A stretch of 63,787 bases of DNA, counting the filler, from Collodictyon triciliatum (Eukaryota): the NCBI GenBank assembly GCA_043381765.1. It is 8 parts of 8 records of this genome, joined end to end, with 100 filler letters (N's around TTAATTAATTAA, not from the genome) between each part and the next. Parts side by side here need not be neighbours in the genome. Positions count along the whole stretch, not along the records: positions 1 to 9,855 come from JBHJMP010000610.1; positions 9,956 to 17,006 come from JBHJMP010000611.1; positions 17,107 to 23,808 come from JBHJMP010000612.1; 5 more parts are not named here. One strand, 5' to 3'. Positions 1 to 18,323 of the stretch are shown here, piece after piece; position 1 is the stretch's first letter; each line of letters starts with the position of its first letter. The position numbers were made by a program, and so were the translations under genes. The notes below the pieces were generated by a model. The model did not search any database. It worked only from the letters and a program-made list of their open reading frames with translations, and had not been told where the DNA came from.

Positions 1-228
1 AAAAAAAAAAAAAAAAAAAAAAGAAAGAAAAAAAAAGAGAGTAAAAAAAAGAGAGTAAAAAAAAGAGAGAAAAAAAAAGAGAGTAAAAAAAAGAGAGTAA
101 AAAAAAGAGTAAAAAAAAGAGAGTAAAAAAAAGACTAAAAAAAAGAGTAAAAAAACAGAGTAAAAAAAAGGGAGTGAAAAAAAGAGAGTGAAAAAAAGAG
201 TAAAAAAAAAAAAAAAGAGTAAGAGACT

Positions 229-2638
229 GATAGTCCAGATGTGAGACTTGTAATGTGTGATGATTGCAGAGCATATGATATCGGCTGATAAATAAGATTC
301 AGCTTCTAGACCAGTGCTATGTTTCATAACCGACAAGTGTGATTTGTTCTTTGCTGGTCGACATAAAATATGTATATTTCTTTTTGCAGAAGGTGCATGA
401 ATCTCCAGCGCTGATTTGTATAGTCTCTCCTTGTCTCTCTGGTATGCACCCTATCGTAATCGGTCACTTACAAGTTCCCATCGGTAGATTGTCCCGTCAA
501 CATCCCCAGTGAAAATGCTGTGTGTCTGCTTGTCATACACAACCGCACTGACAGGATACTTGTGCTTCTCAATCACTGCTACCTCGCTCATCTGCTTCAT
601 CTGTATGAAAATAGACATGACATTACAACCTTCGTTTCTCTGGCCGCTTCACTACATCATCTAGCCTTCTTTGATAAAATATGCAACTGCTATGAGAAAG
701 ACACAAGACACGTCTGTATCACAGGGTAATGCTCGGTTCTCGATAAGTTTCATTCCCAAGGTATCATGCCCCCCTTTGAACTTGGTTAAAGAGATAATAG
801 CGTTGTTCTTATTTGATTTTTCAATGGGCACCCTCCACACAATATTTCGTTATTTTGTATGCATCAGCAGCCCTTGATGTTGCAATACTGAATAGAGCTG
901 ACATAAATGCTGCCAAATCTACTTACATCCCATACTACCATCCGGCAATCAACCCCGACGCTGCATAGAAGATGGTCGTCTGCACAAACAATCCTGGTCA
1001 CCGAGTCTGTATGAAGTTTGAACACCTTGATGCATTCTTCCGTCTAAATCGTGTCATGTGAAGTGTTGAGTACAAAAGCGCTTGCCTGGCGTCAAATACA
1101 TAAAGCCTGCCGCTCGCAATCGCCATCCTCACAAACAGTAATATGTGTGGAGCAACATCAAATGATAAAACTTGGCACCCACTTGAATGTTCCACACTCG
1201 CACGCTGTTGTCGTAGGCAGAGGTACATAAATACGCATTGCCTGGATTCTCGGGGTCACTGTCACCGTTGTATGTGTGGCAAGGGAAGGGTGAAGAAAAT
1301 GATGGAGCGGCATAAGGACACTGAAGAGTCACTCGCATATGCATTCAAAATTCGTGCCACTCTGTGTGATGTGGGGACACTTACGCTTGCATGGCGATGT
1401 CGGTGATTTTGTCGGAGTGGCCTTCAAACACTTTCTCGCACATCCCTTGCTGCAATAGATGTCGCATCATGCACAATAGCCAGATGAGAATGCGATTCAC
1501 AGCATGACATACAAATCATCCAGCATAAAAGAAATTAGGGAGTGTGCGAGTAGGGCGAATGGTTGATTGAGATGGGAGGGTATGAAAGTGGTGATGCTCG
1601 AGTAGATAAGAGCTACACAGCACAGTCATGGTTTATGAATGTAGCTTATAAGAAGAGAGTGCATGGAATTAAAGCAACAAACAGCGAATATACGCACATG
1701 TATGAGAAATACCCAACAAAAAAATAACAGATGAAAGAAATTTCAAGAAAAGAATAAAGAGTAGAAATAGAATAGACAAATAGAATAGACAAATAGAATA
1801 GACAAATAGAATAGACAAATAGAATAGACAAATAGAAGAGACAAATAGAATAGACTCGTGGATATAATAGACACAGCGTACCCATTTGTTCCAGCCACGG
1901 ATAACATAGTCGTTACTTCCTGTGTAAACAATGTCGCCTCGTTGCGTCATACACCTACAAGCTCAAAATCAAACACTGCTACCCCCATCTCGCATCTCGC
2001 ATCTCACATCTCAATCTGTCAAATGAAAACACATAGCCCACACGTCCATCATATATATACCATTGCTATAAAGTAACATTTGGAATATGAGTTACGTTAT
2101 CGCGCTGCTGTGGCCGCGTAGTTGATTAGCTACGGACGACATTGGAATATCAAGAAGTCCTATGTGCATGTAAAATCAATTTTGCTGACCGAAGTACTAC
2201 ATCGAGGTTTCCAGAAATCAAAGCCATCGCTACGCAGTACTCACCGGCTGCTTTAAGATTCTCTTTGGATGCTGGACTCACGATGATGGGTATCTGATGA
2301 TTGACTGTATAGTTGAAGCAGAAAGGAAAGGAAAGGAAAGGAAAGGAAAGGAAAGGAAAGGAAAGGAAAGGAAAGGAAAGGAAAGGAAAGGAAAGGAAAG
2401 GAAAGGAAAGGAAAGGAANNNNNNNNNNNNNNNNNNNNNNNNNNNNNNNNNNNNNNNNNNNNNNNNNNNNNNNNNNNNNNNNNNNNNNNNNNNNNNNNNN
2501 NNNNNNNNNNNNNNNNNNAGGAAAGGAAAAGAAAAGAAAAGAAAAGAAAAGAAAGGAGCCATTAGATGTGTGAATATGTTTATCAATTTGCAACGATAAA
2601 TACTGCTGGTGTTTCGGCCCACCAGCTCAATCGATCTG
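229..2638 (-). CDS. WD40-repeat protein (multi-exon, 3'-partial); may be the C-terminal part of the RCC1-PB1 gene
   Basis: GT-AG exon chain translates to WD40 blades: LRGHSSAITCMTQRGDIVYTGSNDYVIRGWN, FEGHSDKITDIAMQ..LCTSAYDNSVRVWNIQ, LHTDSVTRIVCADDHLLCSVGVDCRMVVWD, KHKYPVSAVVYDKQTHSIFTGDVDGTIYRWEL. Confidence 0.85.
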
Positions 2639-2886
2639 CTACAAGATTATAAGAAAAAGAAAAAGAAAAAGAAAAAGAAAAAGAAAAAGAAAAAGAAAAA
2701 GAAAAAGAAAAAGAAAAAGAAAAAGAAAAAGAAAAAGAAAAAGAAAAAGGAAAGACAACAAAATACAACAAAATACAACAAAATACAACAAAACACAACA
2801 AAACACAACAAAACACAACAAAAGACAACAAAAGATAAGAAAATGCTAGAAATAGTGAAAAGAAAAGCAGAGGAAAAAAAAGAGAC

Positions 2887-5800
2887 GCTTCATCGAAAAA
2901 CAAAAATATGGAGGTGATCCAGAGGTACTATGTGGGCCTCTTATTTTCACTAGTACTCCTTTATCCTCCTCCCCTTTCAACAGAGTGATTCAAAAGAAAT
3001 CATTTACCTTCATCCATCATCAGTCGGCGAAGTTCGTGGTCGGTATTGATGAAGAGTCTAGAGTCCTCGCTATCTCGGTCCTTGAACATCTTGATAGTCA
3101 TCTTTCTCTGGTGAAAGCGAGGCGTAGTGCAAAATGGTTGGGTGACATTATATATTGAAATCGCTTGACAATGAAAGAATGAAGTAGGTAGTGCTGGTGT
3201 AGATGATTGATTGCTTTTGTCTGTGAGGCTATTCATGAAGTCTTGTCACTCTCATTCCATTACTGCATATTCTAAAAGCGCGACTTACCCGGTAGCATCG
3301 TGCAATCGTGGTCAGGAGTTCGTGAATCTTGATTCCCTTTTCTAGAAGAAGTAAGCGAATATCTGACTCGCCCTTATCATTTTTGTTCTCACACACAAAT
3401 TGGACGCAGTCTCGATGTTGGACTTGAAAGGAAGAAAAACCAATAGCTTCATCAATCAATCGCCATGTGGGTTTTCGTGTGCGTTTGCGATTGCCTCATC
3501 GTGATTGGTGTCCTTAAACGCTGTGTGAATGTTACCTTTTCCAGTCAATCTGCTGCCTATCGACCCCAACAGAGAGTCCCGAGGCGCGCGTATTGTACTT
3601 GCCTTTGTGTTTTTGTATCCTACAATCAAATGAAAATGTCCGCCTTAAGTGGAGCCAATATGATATAGCATGAGTCTTTCACATATTTACAAACACTATT
3701 CCATCCATATACCATCAAAACACATCCAATTTTCATTTGACTGACTTCCTGTTCTATTGTTCTCTTCATCTCTTTTTTGTTTGCTTTTGTATTTGTCTTT
3801 GTCTTTCCTGTGTGTATGGTCTTACTCGATAGTAAAAGCGTATGATGGCCGCCACATGCGACATCGCAGAACTTCACCGCTTTCTTGCTTTTCAGCTGAC
3901 CCTTGGGCGGATATATCTGGTATGGTGTGTGATAGGTGATGCCGGACCCTGCGAGTATGTTTTCCCTCAGTATCCACCTTCCCCACCCGTACACTTTGCC
4001 TTCTTGATTGATGCACACCGTGTGGCGGTCTCCGCATGACACACTTTGAATGCCACCCAAAGAGTCCCCAATCTACACCACCACAGTCAAATTGCACGCT
4101 CGTTTAGCATATCATGACTTAGTGTATGCACATAACCATATGTTATGCAATGACATACAGCCCATTACACACAAGACAACACACGGTTTGATGCCGTATC
4201 AAGTTATTCTGAGCATGAATGCTGAAACCATACCAACGTCGGACTTCTTTTGTTGTAGAAGTTACATAGACCTAGCTGGCCGGATGTCCCACATCCCCAT
4301 ACATACAGCTTGTGTTTGGCTGTCGGGTGGTTGATGGGTTTGGTATGTGAGTGGATGAGTTGGTGGGTGATTGTGCAAGGCTGGTAAGTGCTTGCTACCT
4401 TCAGCTTCGAATGAACACAATCGAGGAAGTCAAGAAGGATGGGTATAGAAATGGCTTGTTGCATGGTCCAAGACTAAAGGATATCAAATGCCTGTGGTGG
4501 AGTTCACGTGACTCCATGATAATGTACCTGTGAGTGCGCACGAGTGCAGCGAACCTGCATTGACGCTGCTTATCACGACTTCTTTTGTCTCGTCTTTGTC
4601 TATTGGTCTGTATGTATGGACATTGCATTTTGGGTTCGCAAATTAACATTCTGATGCTCCTTTTGGTTGGCTGTATATGCATGCATGTATGTATGTATGT
4701 ATGTATGTATGTATGTATGTATGTATGTATGTATGTATGTATGTATGTATGTATGTATGTATGTATGTATGTATGTATGTATGTATGTATGTATGTATGT
4801 ATGTANGTATGTATGTATGTATGTATGTATGTATGTATGTATGTATGTATGTATGTATGTATGTATGTATGTATGTATGTATGTATGTATGTATGTATGT
4901 ATGTATGTGTTTGACTGTTGAAATGTGAAGTATGATATTTGCTTACGAGAAATAGATGCGACATGGTTTCTCCACCACCCTGGTCACTTTCGAGCCCTGA
5001 TTCTGCTCCCTTCCCTGTGTCATACACACCAGTCGATGTAAGTCACGGTATTCTATTGCAAACTCTGATATCCAACCTTTCTACACACAACCTCTTTAGC
5101 TTCGTATATCCATACACTGTTTGCGCGTTATTTATATGTGCTTGTGCATTATGTGTCGAGTGTGTAGCTACTTACTTTTGCCGCTCTGTCCACACCCACC
5201 TGCCCGCATGAGTTGTCTCCGAATCCGTACACATGATGCTTGTCTTGGTGCCGTATGTGCCCAGGCGTGAAGGTTGGCCATGTTTCATGATGGTGGAATG
5301 ATTCGGTTACTCCTTTTGTCTTGGTGCAGCGTCTAGTGGTGGTACATATTCGAACGGTAGCTCTTTATATAGCTCACCTGTGAGTACTAGTGTATGCGCT
5401 CGGCCGCACGACACACCCAACACTGCAGTCTCTTGTCCTTCCTCGTCCTTTCATATCATAGATAGTAGTATCGAGTTTGGAGGTAAGGTGTTTGTGTTAA
5501 TGTTTTTGTTTTGTAAATCCCTGTTGGGTTATGCTTTGCTTCACACATTTTATGTCCCATATGCTTCTTTAGCTGTTCTTTTGTATCTAACATTTTTCTC
5601 AGTGTCCATCTTACCAATCATATTTTAATTACAACACATATTCTCTATCAATTAGACAATTAGCTGTGATACAAAGACTGACTTGGATGTATATCCTCTG
5701 TGGTAATCGAACTGTGTCGGTGGACCCATTCCCGAGACAGAAGCTGGCACCACGCCCCCACGTGTATAGATGACCCGCCTCTAGATGATGATGATGGTAA

Positions 5801-6661
5801 TGGTGATGATGGTGATGATGGTGGTGATGATGATGTGATAGTAATAGTGATAATGATGGTGATGGTGATGGTGATGGTGATGATGCTACTATTATGATTT
5901 ACGTATATTTTGCTTGCTTTATGAAGATCTGTATTTTTTGTTTTCAATTTACTGTGCATATCTGTATGCAGATTTCCCGTATATATATATATATATTGCC
6001 GGATTACGTTTATTTGGAAATTATGACCAAGAAAATAAACCCGTGATGCATGCAGAGTGGAAGTAGCCGCACTCCACCTTCACCACTTTGCTGGAGCTAA
6101 ACACACTGGGTGACACCCTGCGTGGGACAATCAGATCTTCTTCGTCGCCGTGGCCAGTGAGACCCTCGTCGCTGTCCCCAAAGCTGTACACGAATCCCTC
6201 ATCTGTATTAGACCCGAGTCATTATTCCAACTATCAGTTTGATGTTGCTTCTTTGCAAAGTCTTTATTTTTTCCTTTATTCGATTCAAAGCTTTGCAAAG
6301 TCTGTATGATTTGTATATGGCGCATGTATGCCGATGTGAAAGACGGTCTGAAATGGGGTCTTACCGCTTAGCGCTAGTGTGTGGACCCTTCCGCTGCTGA
6401 TGTCCTTGAATCCCTGAGATAGATGTGGTCCATGATGAGCATATATCTTTCGATTATTGGAATGCTGGGCATTGTGGGGATGAGAGACGTTATGCAATAC
6501 ATGGGAAAGGGAATATATGTGGGGATTGTTGTTTTAGGGCATGGATGGTATAGTGCAGAAGGATAATCGATCCTGTATGTATCGGAAGAGCAGGATAGGG
6601 TGATACATGTATATATTATGACCATGTCACGAAGTAGGGGACTCTTCAATCAATATAAAGC

Positions 6662-6758
<97 letters not shown>

Positions 6759-8056
6759 GCAAGAATGATTGGAATTGCTAATAGGAAAAATAAAAAAGAA
6801 ACAAATAGAAACAAATAGAAACAAATAGAAGCAAATAGAAACAAACAGAAACAAACAGAAACAAATAGAAGCAAAAAGAAACAAATAGAAGCAAATAGAA
6901 ACAAATAGAAACAAATAGAAGCAAATAGAAACAAATAGAAACAAAAAGAAACAAAAAGAAACAAATAGAAACAAATAGAAACAAATAGAAACAAATAGAA
7001 ACAAATAGAAGCAAATAGAAGTAAATAGAAGCAAATAGAAACAAATAGAAACAAACAGAAACAAACAGAAACAAATAGAAACAAATAGAAGCAAAAAGAA
7101 GCAAATAGAAGCAAAAAGAAACAAATAGAAACAAATAGAAGCAAAAAGAAACAAACAGAAACAAACAGAAACAAACAGAAACAAACAGAAACAAACAGAA
7201 ACAAACAGAAACAAATAGAAACAAATAGAAACAAATAGAAACAAATAGAAACAAATAGAAGCAAATAGAAGCAAATAGAAACAAATAGAAACAAATAGAA
7301 GCAAATAGAAACAAAAAGAAACAAAAAGAAACAAAAAGAAACAAAAAGAAACAAAAAGAAACAAAAAGAAACAAATAGAAACAAACATAAACAAATAGAA
7401 ACAAGAAAGACAACGAATGAAACTTCTGCGATATGTCTGGTGGTCGCCCAACTCTCTTGAAAGCTCTGAGATGCTGACTAACCCTCCCAATCAGATATGG
7501 CTCGTTCGATATTCCTTTCTCTCCGAACCCTAGCTGCCCCGAAAGTCCGTCTCCCCATCCATACAAGTCATTCATCTCTACATCACACATACATATCAAC
7601 ATGTGAGAAGAATCCTGGAAGACTGTGTCCTTGTCACACTGGCCTTTTATATATACATAAAGAATGCATTTAATGTCTTCATGGCGTGAAAACAACGCGT
7701 TGCCCAACAGGACTCACCCGAGATTGCAAAAGAGTTTGCCTTTCCGCAAGCGATCTTTCGAATTCCGTAGGACTGCAGGCCTGCAATTCGCATAGGGAGG
7801 ATGACGTTGTCTGACTCTAAGTAGTAGTGCCCTGATTGACCTTCGCTGCCTTCGCCAAAGGAGAAGACGTTTCCTGTGTCTGCAGTTGGGCGTGCAGCGA
7901 GTGGGGATGTGAGAGATTACTCTACATGCGGCATCTTCTCTGCCTGTTTGCTTCATGTGTGGTTGGTGCTGGGAGTGGAAAAGAGCAGCAGCGGAAACGG
8001 TGGACTGAGATGAAGCACAAACCGTCGGACTGCCTGTGGTATTGGGTGTGGTCCAT
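2887..8056 (-). CDS. RCC1-repeat beta-propeller protein followed by a PB1-like domain (multi-exon; start codon uncertain)
   Basis: Spliced exons give about 7 RCC1 repeats (GNVFSFGEGSEGQSGH..IACGKANSFAIS; LYGWGDGLSGQLGFG; VYSFGDSDEGLTGHG..VECGYFHSACIT; VSCGRAHTLVLT; LYVWGCGTSGQLGL; VSCGDRHTVCI; VACGGHHTLLLS). These run in phase into DIRLLLLEKGIKIHELLTTIARCYR/KMTIKMFKDRDSEDSRLFINTDHELRRLM (PB1-like). Confidence 0.8.
4686..4906. repeat. (TATG)n microsatellite in an RCC1-gene intron
   Basis: Direct inspection. Confidence 0.95.
6662..7402. repeat. (AAT)n followed by about 60 copies of a variant 10-mer (ACAAATAGAA and variants), intronic
   Basis: Direct inspection; explains the long F/L/C-rich pseudo-ORFs at 6627-7707. 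Confidence 0.95.
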
Positions 8057-8790
8057 GGAGGCTAGTATGCTGTCTTTTTCCAGTAACTTGTATCGCAGGA
8101 GAGGGGTTGTTGAAGAGCGCCGGCTGGAGCTTTGGGAAGACTTTGCGCTTTTGTGTTGGTTTTCTTCTCTATTTTTTTTTTTTTTTTTTTTGCCCTTTTT
8201 TTTGTTTTTTTTTTTTTTTTTTTTTTTAGGCAGTCGGGTCGCTAGTGCGTCGGGTGGTTCTTTCTATGTTTTAGTGACTCGGGTTGTTGGAGGTTGCTTG
8301 TGTCAGTTGGCGTGTTTTTGGGAAGGAGGGCCGCCCGCTGCGTTCTTTTGCGCGTCTGTTTTGCCCCATGGCCGTACGAAAGGAAAAGAGCAAGCGCAGC
8401 GCCAGATGTCTCTGCACACAAAGAACGGCCGTTGGGGTTACTCATACCATGTATGTTTTGGACAGTGTTTCGGTTGCTTTGGACGCCTAATTCGCCAAAG
8501 GGTGGAGATTTGTTTGCGGGTATTTTGCTTCTGTGTCTGCCGCGGGCGGCTGCTTGGCAAGCGGGTTACACAGCGCCACTGTTGCTTGGAAGAAAGCTTA
8601 GATGTGGATAACTCATCTTTATTTATCCGTCGTTCAGAAAATGCTTCTAATCATTTATGAAGCGTTTGGCGTGTCCTTGAGGGACGATGTTTCCCAACAA
8701 CGAATCAAAGATAACGACACAGAACCAAAGATGCACAACCAGTCTTAACGCAAGCGCTGGGCGCGGCGGCTCTGCCTGATTTATTTTCTC

Positions 8791-9616
8791 TCAGCTGTCG
8801 GCCGATTCCTCCCAAATCTTCAGGCTGGCCTCAACCCGGATTAACTTGGACTCCAGCTCCTTCACCTTCTTGAGGGCCTCTTCATGAGCCTTTTCGGCCT
8901 TGGAGGCTGCGTTGCCTGCGGTTGCTGCATCTCGCTTGGCAGCCTCTTCGTTAATCTGGGCACGGTCGGCCTTGTCCATAGCTGCCTTCCTGTCCTTTTC
9001 CAAGGATTCCACGCGGGCTTCCGACTAGGAAGGACCGAATCACAGGGGGTCAGGAATTAGCGGTACGGCTATGTGTTAGTGAATGCGGGCCAGATGGTGG
9101 GAAGATTCTCCGGTAGCTAGCAAGATGAGGGATATGGCGGGACATACTTGGGTGAGAGTCAGCTGAAGCGTGTTAATCTTTTGGTTCAGCTCATCCACTT
9201 TCTTTTCCAGTGACACGATCTTTTCTTTGTCCTGGTTGGATTGTGCACCGCCGCGGGCAGATTCGGTCTCCATGAGCTTCAGCTTGCGCTCCGATGCAAG
9301 ATAATTGGCCTCGGCAGCATCGTGCTTGGCTTGCCAGGTCTTGGTGGTCTTTTCAGCTTCATCTAGCTTGGCTTGGACTTGATCAGCTCGCTCCTCGGCG
9401 ATTTTAGCACTTCGCTTCGCGGCTTCCATAGACTGATGGGATACCTTGGCTTTTTCGCTCTCATCTCGCAACTAGATACGAAGTTGGAAAAAACATTCAA
9501 TTGTGTCTTTGATTTGTACGAAGGAGTTACTTCAGTAAACCTTCTTTTCATATTCGTCCATTTTCTTATTAGATGCGGTTATCTGAGATTCAAGCTGGCT
9601 GATGCTTTGCTTCGCC
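8791..9616 (-). CDS. Long coiled-coil protein, last three exons (5'-partial)
   Basis: Exons AKQSISQLESQITASNKKMDEYEKK / LRDESEKAKV...LQLTLTQ / SEARVESLEKDRK...KIWEESADS* joined by phase-0 GT-AG introns; E/K/A-rich heptads. Confidence 0.75.
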
Positions 9617-9855
9617 TAAGATATGAGCGATTTGATGATTAACAGACTTCTTATATATATATATTACTATTACTATAACTATAACTATAACTATAACTAT
9701 AACTATAACTATAACTATAACTATAACTATAACTTTTACTATTACTTTTACTATTACTATTACTTTTACTATTACTTTTACTATTACTTTTACTATTACT
9801 ATTACTATTACTATTACTATTACTATTACTATTACTATTACTATTACTATTACTA

Positions 9856-9955
9856 NNNNNNNNNNNNNNNNNNNNNNNNNNNNNNNNNNNNNNNNNNNNT
9901 TAATTAATTAANNNNNNNNNNNNNNNNNNNNNNNNNNNNNNNNNNNNNNNNNNNN
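9856..9955. other. Artificial scaffold spacer N44-TTAATTAATTAA-N44
   Basis: 12-mer with stops in all six frames between N runs; recurs 7 times in the window. Confidence 0.97.
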
Positions 9956-10213
9956 GGGAGGGGGGGAGCGCGGCGGCCCGGGGGGGGGGGGGGGGGGGAG
10001 AGGCGGGTGCGGGTGCGGGTGCGGGTGCGGGTGCGGGTGCGGGTGTGGCAGAGAGTGGGGGCGGGGCGCGTGGCAGCGGTTGCAGGCGTCTCTGCGGGCG
10101 TAGTTGATGTTGCGGCACGGCCTGCACAGCCAGTTGCCGTTCTCGAGGCGGGGCGCCTGCGTGCGGCCGGTGTTTGGTGCGGCGCCCTGTTTGTCGCTGG
10201 GCACCCCGGTCAT
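9956..10213 (-). CDS. RanBP2-type zinc-finger protein, N-terminus (3'-partial)
   Basis: GNWLCRPCRNINYARRDACNRCHAPR matches W-x-C-x2-C-x3-N-x6-C-x2-C; followed by (HP)n and poly-Pro. Confidence 0.85.
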
Positions 10214-11903
10214 CGCGCCGTCCTCTGCTGCTGTCCTGTGTCCTGTGTCCTGTGTCCTGTGTGGCTGCGATTAGTCGCCTGTCCCCTCCCTTCCCTTCCC
10301 TTCACTTCACTTCCCTCCCTCCCTCCCTCCCTCTCACGCGCGCTGCACTTGGGGTACGGGGCGGGCCGGGCAGCGGCGTCGGGACGTTTCGCCAACGAGA
10401 AAAAGCTGGTGGGGTGTTTGTTGCCTTTGCTTCTCGCTTTTTGTCTCTGGAAGGTGAGGGCCGGGGTGTTTGGCGTGGGGCTGGGTGGAAAATTCACAAA
10501 TGGCATAATCTGGAAAAATAGATAGAAGAAAAGGGAGAGACAAGACCAGGGGAGACTGGATCAAAGGGCTTGTATTGATATGTCGCCCTTCTTCGTGTCT
10601 TTTTGCATTCGCTCTTGCTTTCGCTTATGCTATTGCTTTTGCTTTGGGTTGCAAGCGAATAGCAGAATAACGCATTTTATTGTGTAGGGGACGGCAAAAA
10701 ATTAGGTTGTTGTGTTGTTGGGAAGAAAAAAATTCAAAGAAACAAACATGAAAAGAGACAAGACTTACACTTCAGTTTGGCTTTTGTATATTTTTTTGGG
10801 GTTCTGTATTCGTTCTCCAAAAAAATAAAAGCAATTATTTCCATGAAATTATGACGTCACTTACTTTTTCTGGGATACTTGGTATATTTTCATTGAATTT
10901 GTTTGACTTTTTTCTTGTTTGAGACGAGCTAGTTGTGGCTATGAGCATTTCAGCAATGGAAACAAACACATAAACAATAGATTAGTGAGTCTGATACATG
11001 CATTATTAATAGACATATAAAATTACTACTTTGAAGTCTGATTATTTAATTTTAAATTTCTGTACTACAAAACAATAATAAACATATACTTTCCACATAT
11101 ATTATGTAAATAAGGCATCAGCTCTGACCTCCACAAACCGCTCAAATATCGTTGCCTCGACACAAAACAGCACCACCTTAGACAAAAAAATGAAAATAAA
11201 ATTAATCTGTCATCACAATAAATGAAAAGATTTTTGAGCCGGGGTGGCATCTTGTTTGGGTCGCGACGACGCCTCGTTCTCCCTGGGCATCACCTTTGAG
11301 GAAAGCTCTCCAAGCAAACTGTATTGAATAGGGACATAGCCACAAATGCAAATGCAAATGCAAATGCAAATGCAAACACGAATATCCCCGCGCCCCTTCA
11401 CCTCAATATTGATCTTATATAATAACAATATCCCTAAACATAGAAGATGAGGCAAGTTAAATTATCAGAGGTTATTCTATAGCTCAAAAAGCAACAGAAT
11501 CCGTTCACAAGATGGTCATAGCAAAGTTGGTATGGTTGCCTCGTGTAATACAAGAAGCAGGATTTGGACTTTTTTTTTGTTTCGAGTATAAAAAACAAAA
11601 ACTATGGTACAGTAACAAAAATAAAATAAAATAAACAGTCAAAGAAGTGTCACGTGAAGGCGATCCAACTGTATGAAAGGTCAATCGCAAGTATGCTAAT
11701 TACAAAGGAGTTCCCCTTATCCTTTCTCTGTTATCAAACGTTATGCTTTTCATTTCCACAATTTCATTGCCTTGCCCAAGTTTTCAACACATATACAAGA
11801 GCAAAGGGAATGTTGCATACAAGCCAACTATTATCTAAGACTAGACGCACATACACACAAAATTTTCGAATACGAAAAAACCTTAGCACATAACAAGGAC
11901 ATT

Positions 11904-16826
<4,923 letters not shown>

Positions 16827-17006
16827 CTAGATTCCACATACCACACGTGGGCACATACAATAAGCAGAGTTACAAATAGTTACTGAGATGGCACACGCTG
16901 TGCGATACAGAGAGAAAGAAAGAGAGAAAGAGAGAAAGAGAGAAAGAGAGAAAGAGAGAAAGAGAGAAAGAGAGAAAGAGAGAAAGAGAGAAAGAGAGAA
17001 AGAGAG

Positions 17007-17106
17007 NNNNNNNNNNNNNNNNNNNNNNNNNNNNNNNNNNNNNNNNNNNNTTAATTAATTAANNNNNNNNNNNNNNNNNNNNNNNNNNNNNNNNNNNNNN
17101 NNNNNN
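17007..17106. other. Artificial scaffold spacer
   Basis: N-TTAATTAATTAA-N. Confidence 0.97.
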
Positions 17107-17511
17107 AAAAAAGAGAAAAAAAGAGAAAAAAGAAAAGAAAAGAGTTAAGTGTTGCAACATGAATTTAATCAAGCCCAGAGTAAGGAAGATTTAGAGAGAA
17201 AGCAGGGGAATGGTTTCGAAACAAGGTTGGATAGTTCTCGACAAAAAGGGAGAAGAGGAGGGCATCGATCTTCAACCACACGATGGATCACAAAACTTGA
17301 GGTTGCTGGTGCTGTTCTGCTGCACACTTTTCTCTTTTCTCTTTTCTCTTTTCTTTTTCTTTTTCTTTTTCTTTTTCTTTTTCTTTTTCTTTTTCTTTTT
17401 CTTTTTCTTTTTCTTTTTCTTTTTCTTTTTCTTTTTCTTTTTTCTTTTCTTGTTATTCGTATTTTTCTTTCCTAATGATCGGTTTGATTATATCAAACAC
17501 TGCTTAACTGG

Positions 17512-18241
17512 ATGAAAATTAAATGGTCGTTATCTAAACTTAGAGCTCCTTCAAAGTATCTATTGGCTTTGAAAAAAGAGAAAGACATACAAAGCAAGAG
17601 TCATAAAGAAGTCATCGATCATCTAAAATATGTCGTTTCACAAACTCAAATACCTGCCCAGGTAAAGATTTATTATCAGAATTTTTATCGATTTGTTATC
17701 TACGACATACTCAAATACCTATTTCCTTTTTTTTTTTTACGGGAAATTGTAATTTAATTTTTATTCGTACACCTGCTTTCACATATTTAATCACTCCGCC
17801 TTCATATCTCTGTGGACCAAAGGACGAGTTTTACGGTAAACTGGCAGCTCTGGATGAAAAAATTCAAGCCCTTTCCGAGACTAAGATAATGGTGATTGGA
17901 GACGCTCAAGTCGGAAAGAGTAGCTTGATCAATTGTTTGTTGGGAAAAAAAATGGTACCTTCGACGGAATCGATTGGCTTTCCTCTTACTTATCTTCTTA
18001 AATATTCTGATGACCTTGTTGACGTAAGATATTCTATTAATATTTTCTATTGCCTTTCAAACCTTTATAAAGTATGAAAGTATCTTAGCTTCATTTTCTT
18101 TTTTGTTTTACTAACCAAATGTATTCATTTCAACTCAAATTCCGCTGCCTTCTCAAGACTATGTACTACGTTTATTTGAGTCAAATCTCTGAAAGTTTTT
18201 TATCAGTGGTACGGTTCATAGGTGTAAACATTTGAGTTCCT

Positions 18242-18323
<82 letters not shown>

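Noticed and set aside
6796-7402. Repeat array as a CRISPR-like locus
   Set aside because: Contiguous 10-mer units with no unique spacers and no cas genes.
6627-7707. Long 244-309 aa F/L/C/Y-rich ORFs, and similar poly-K/F/I/N ORFs throughout
   Set aside because: They are translations of stop-free microsatellites or N runs.
7836-8660. 274-aa plus-strand ORF
   Set aside because: Antisense to the RCC1 5' region, crosses a poly-T tract and has no protein-like features.
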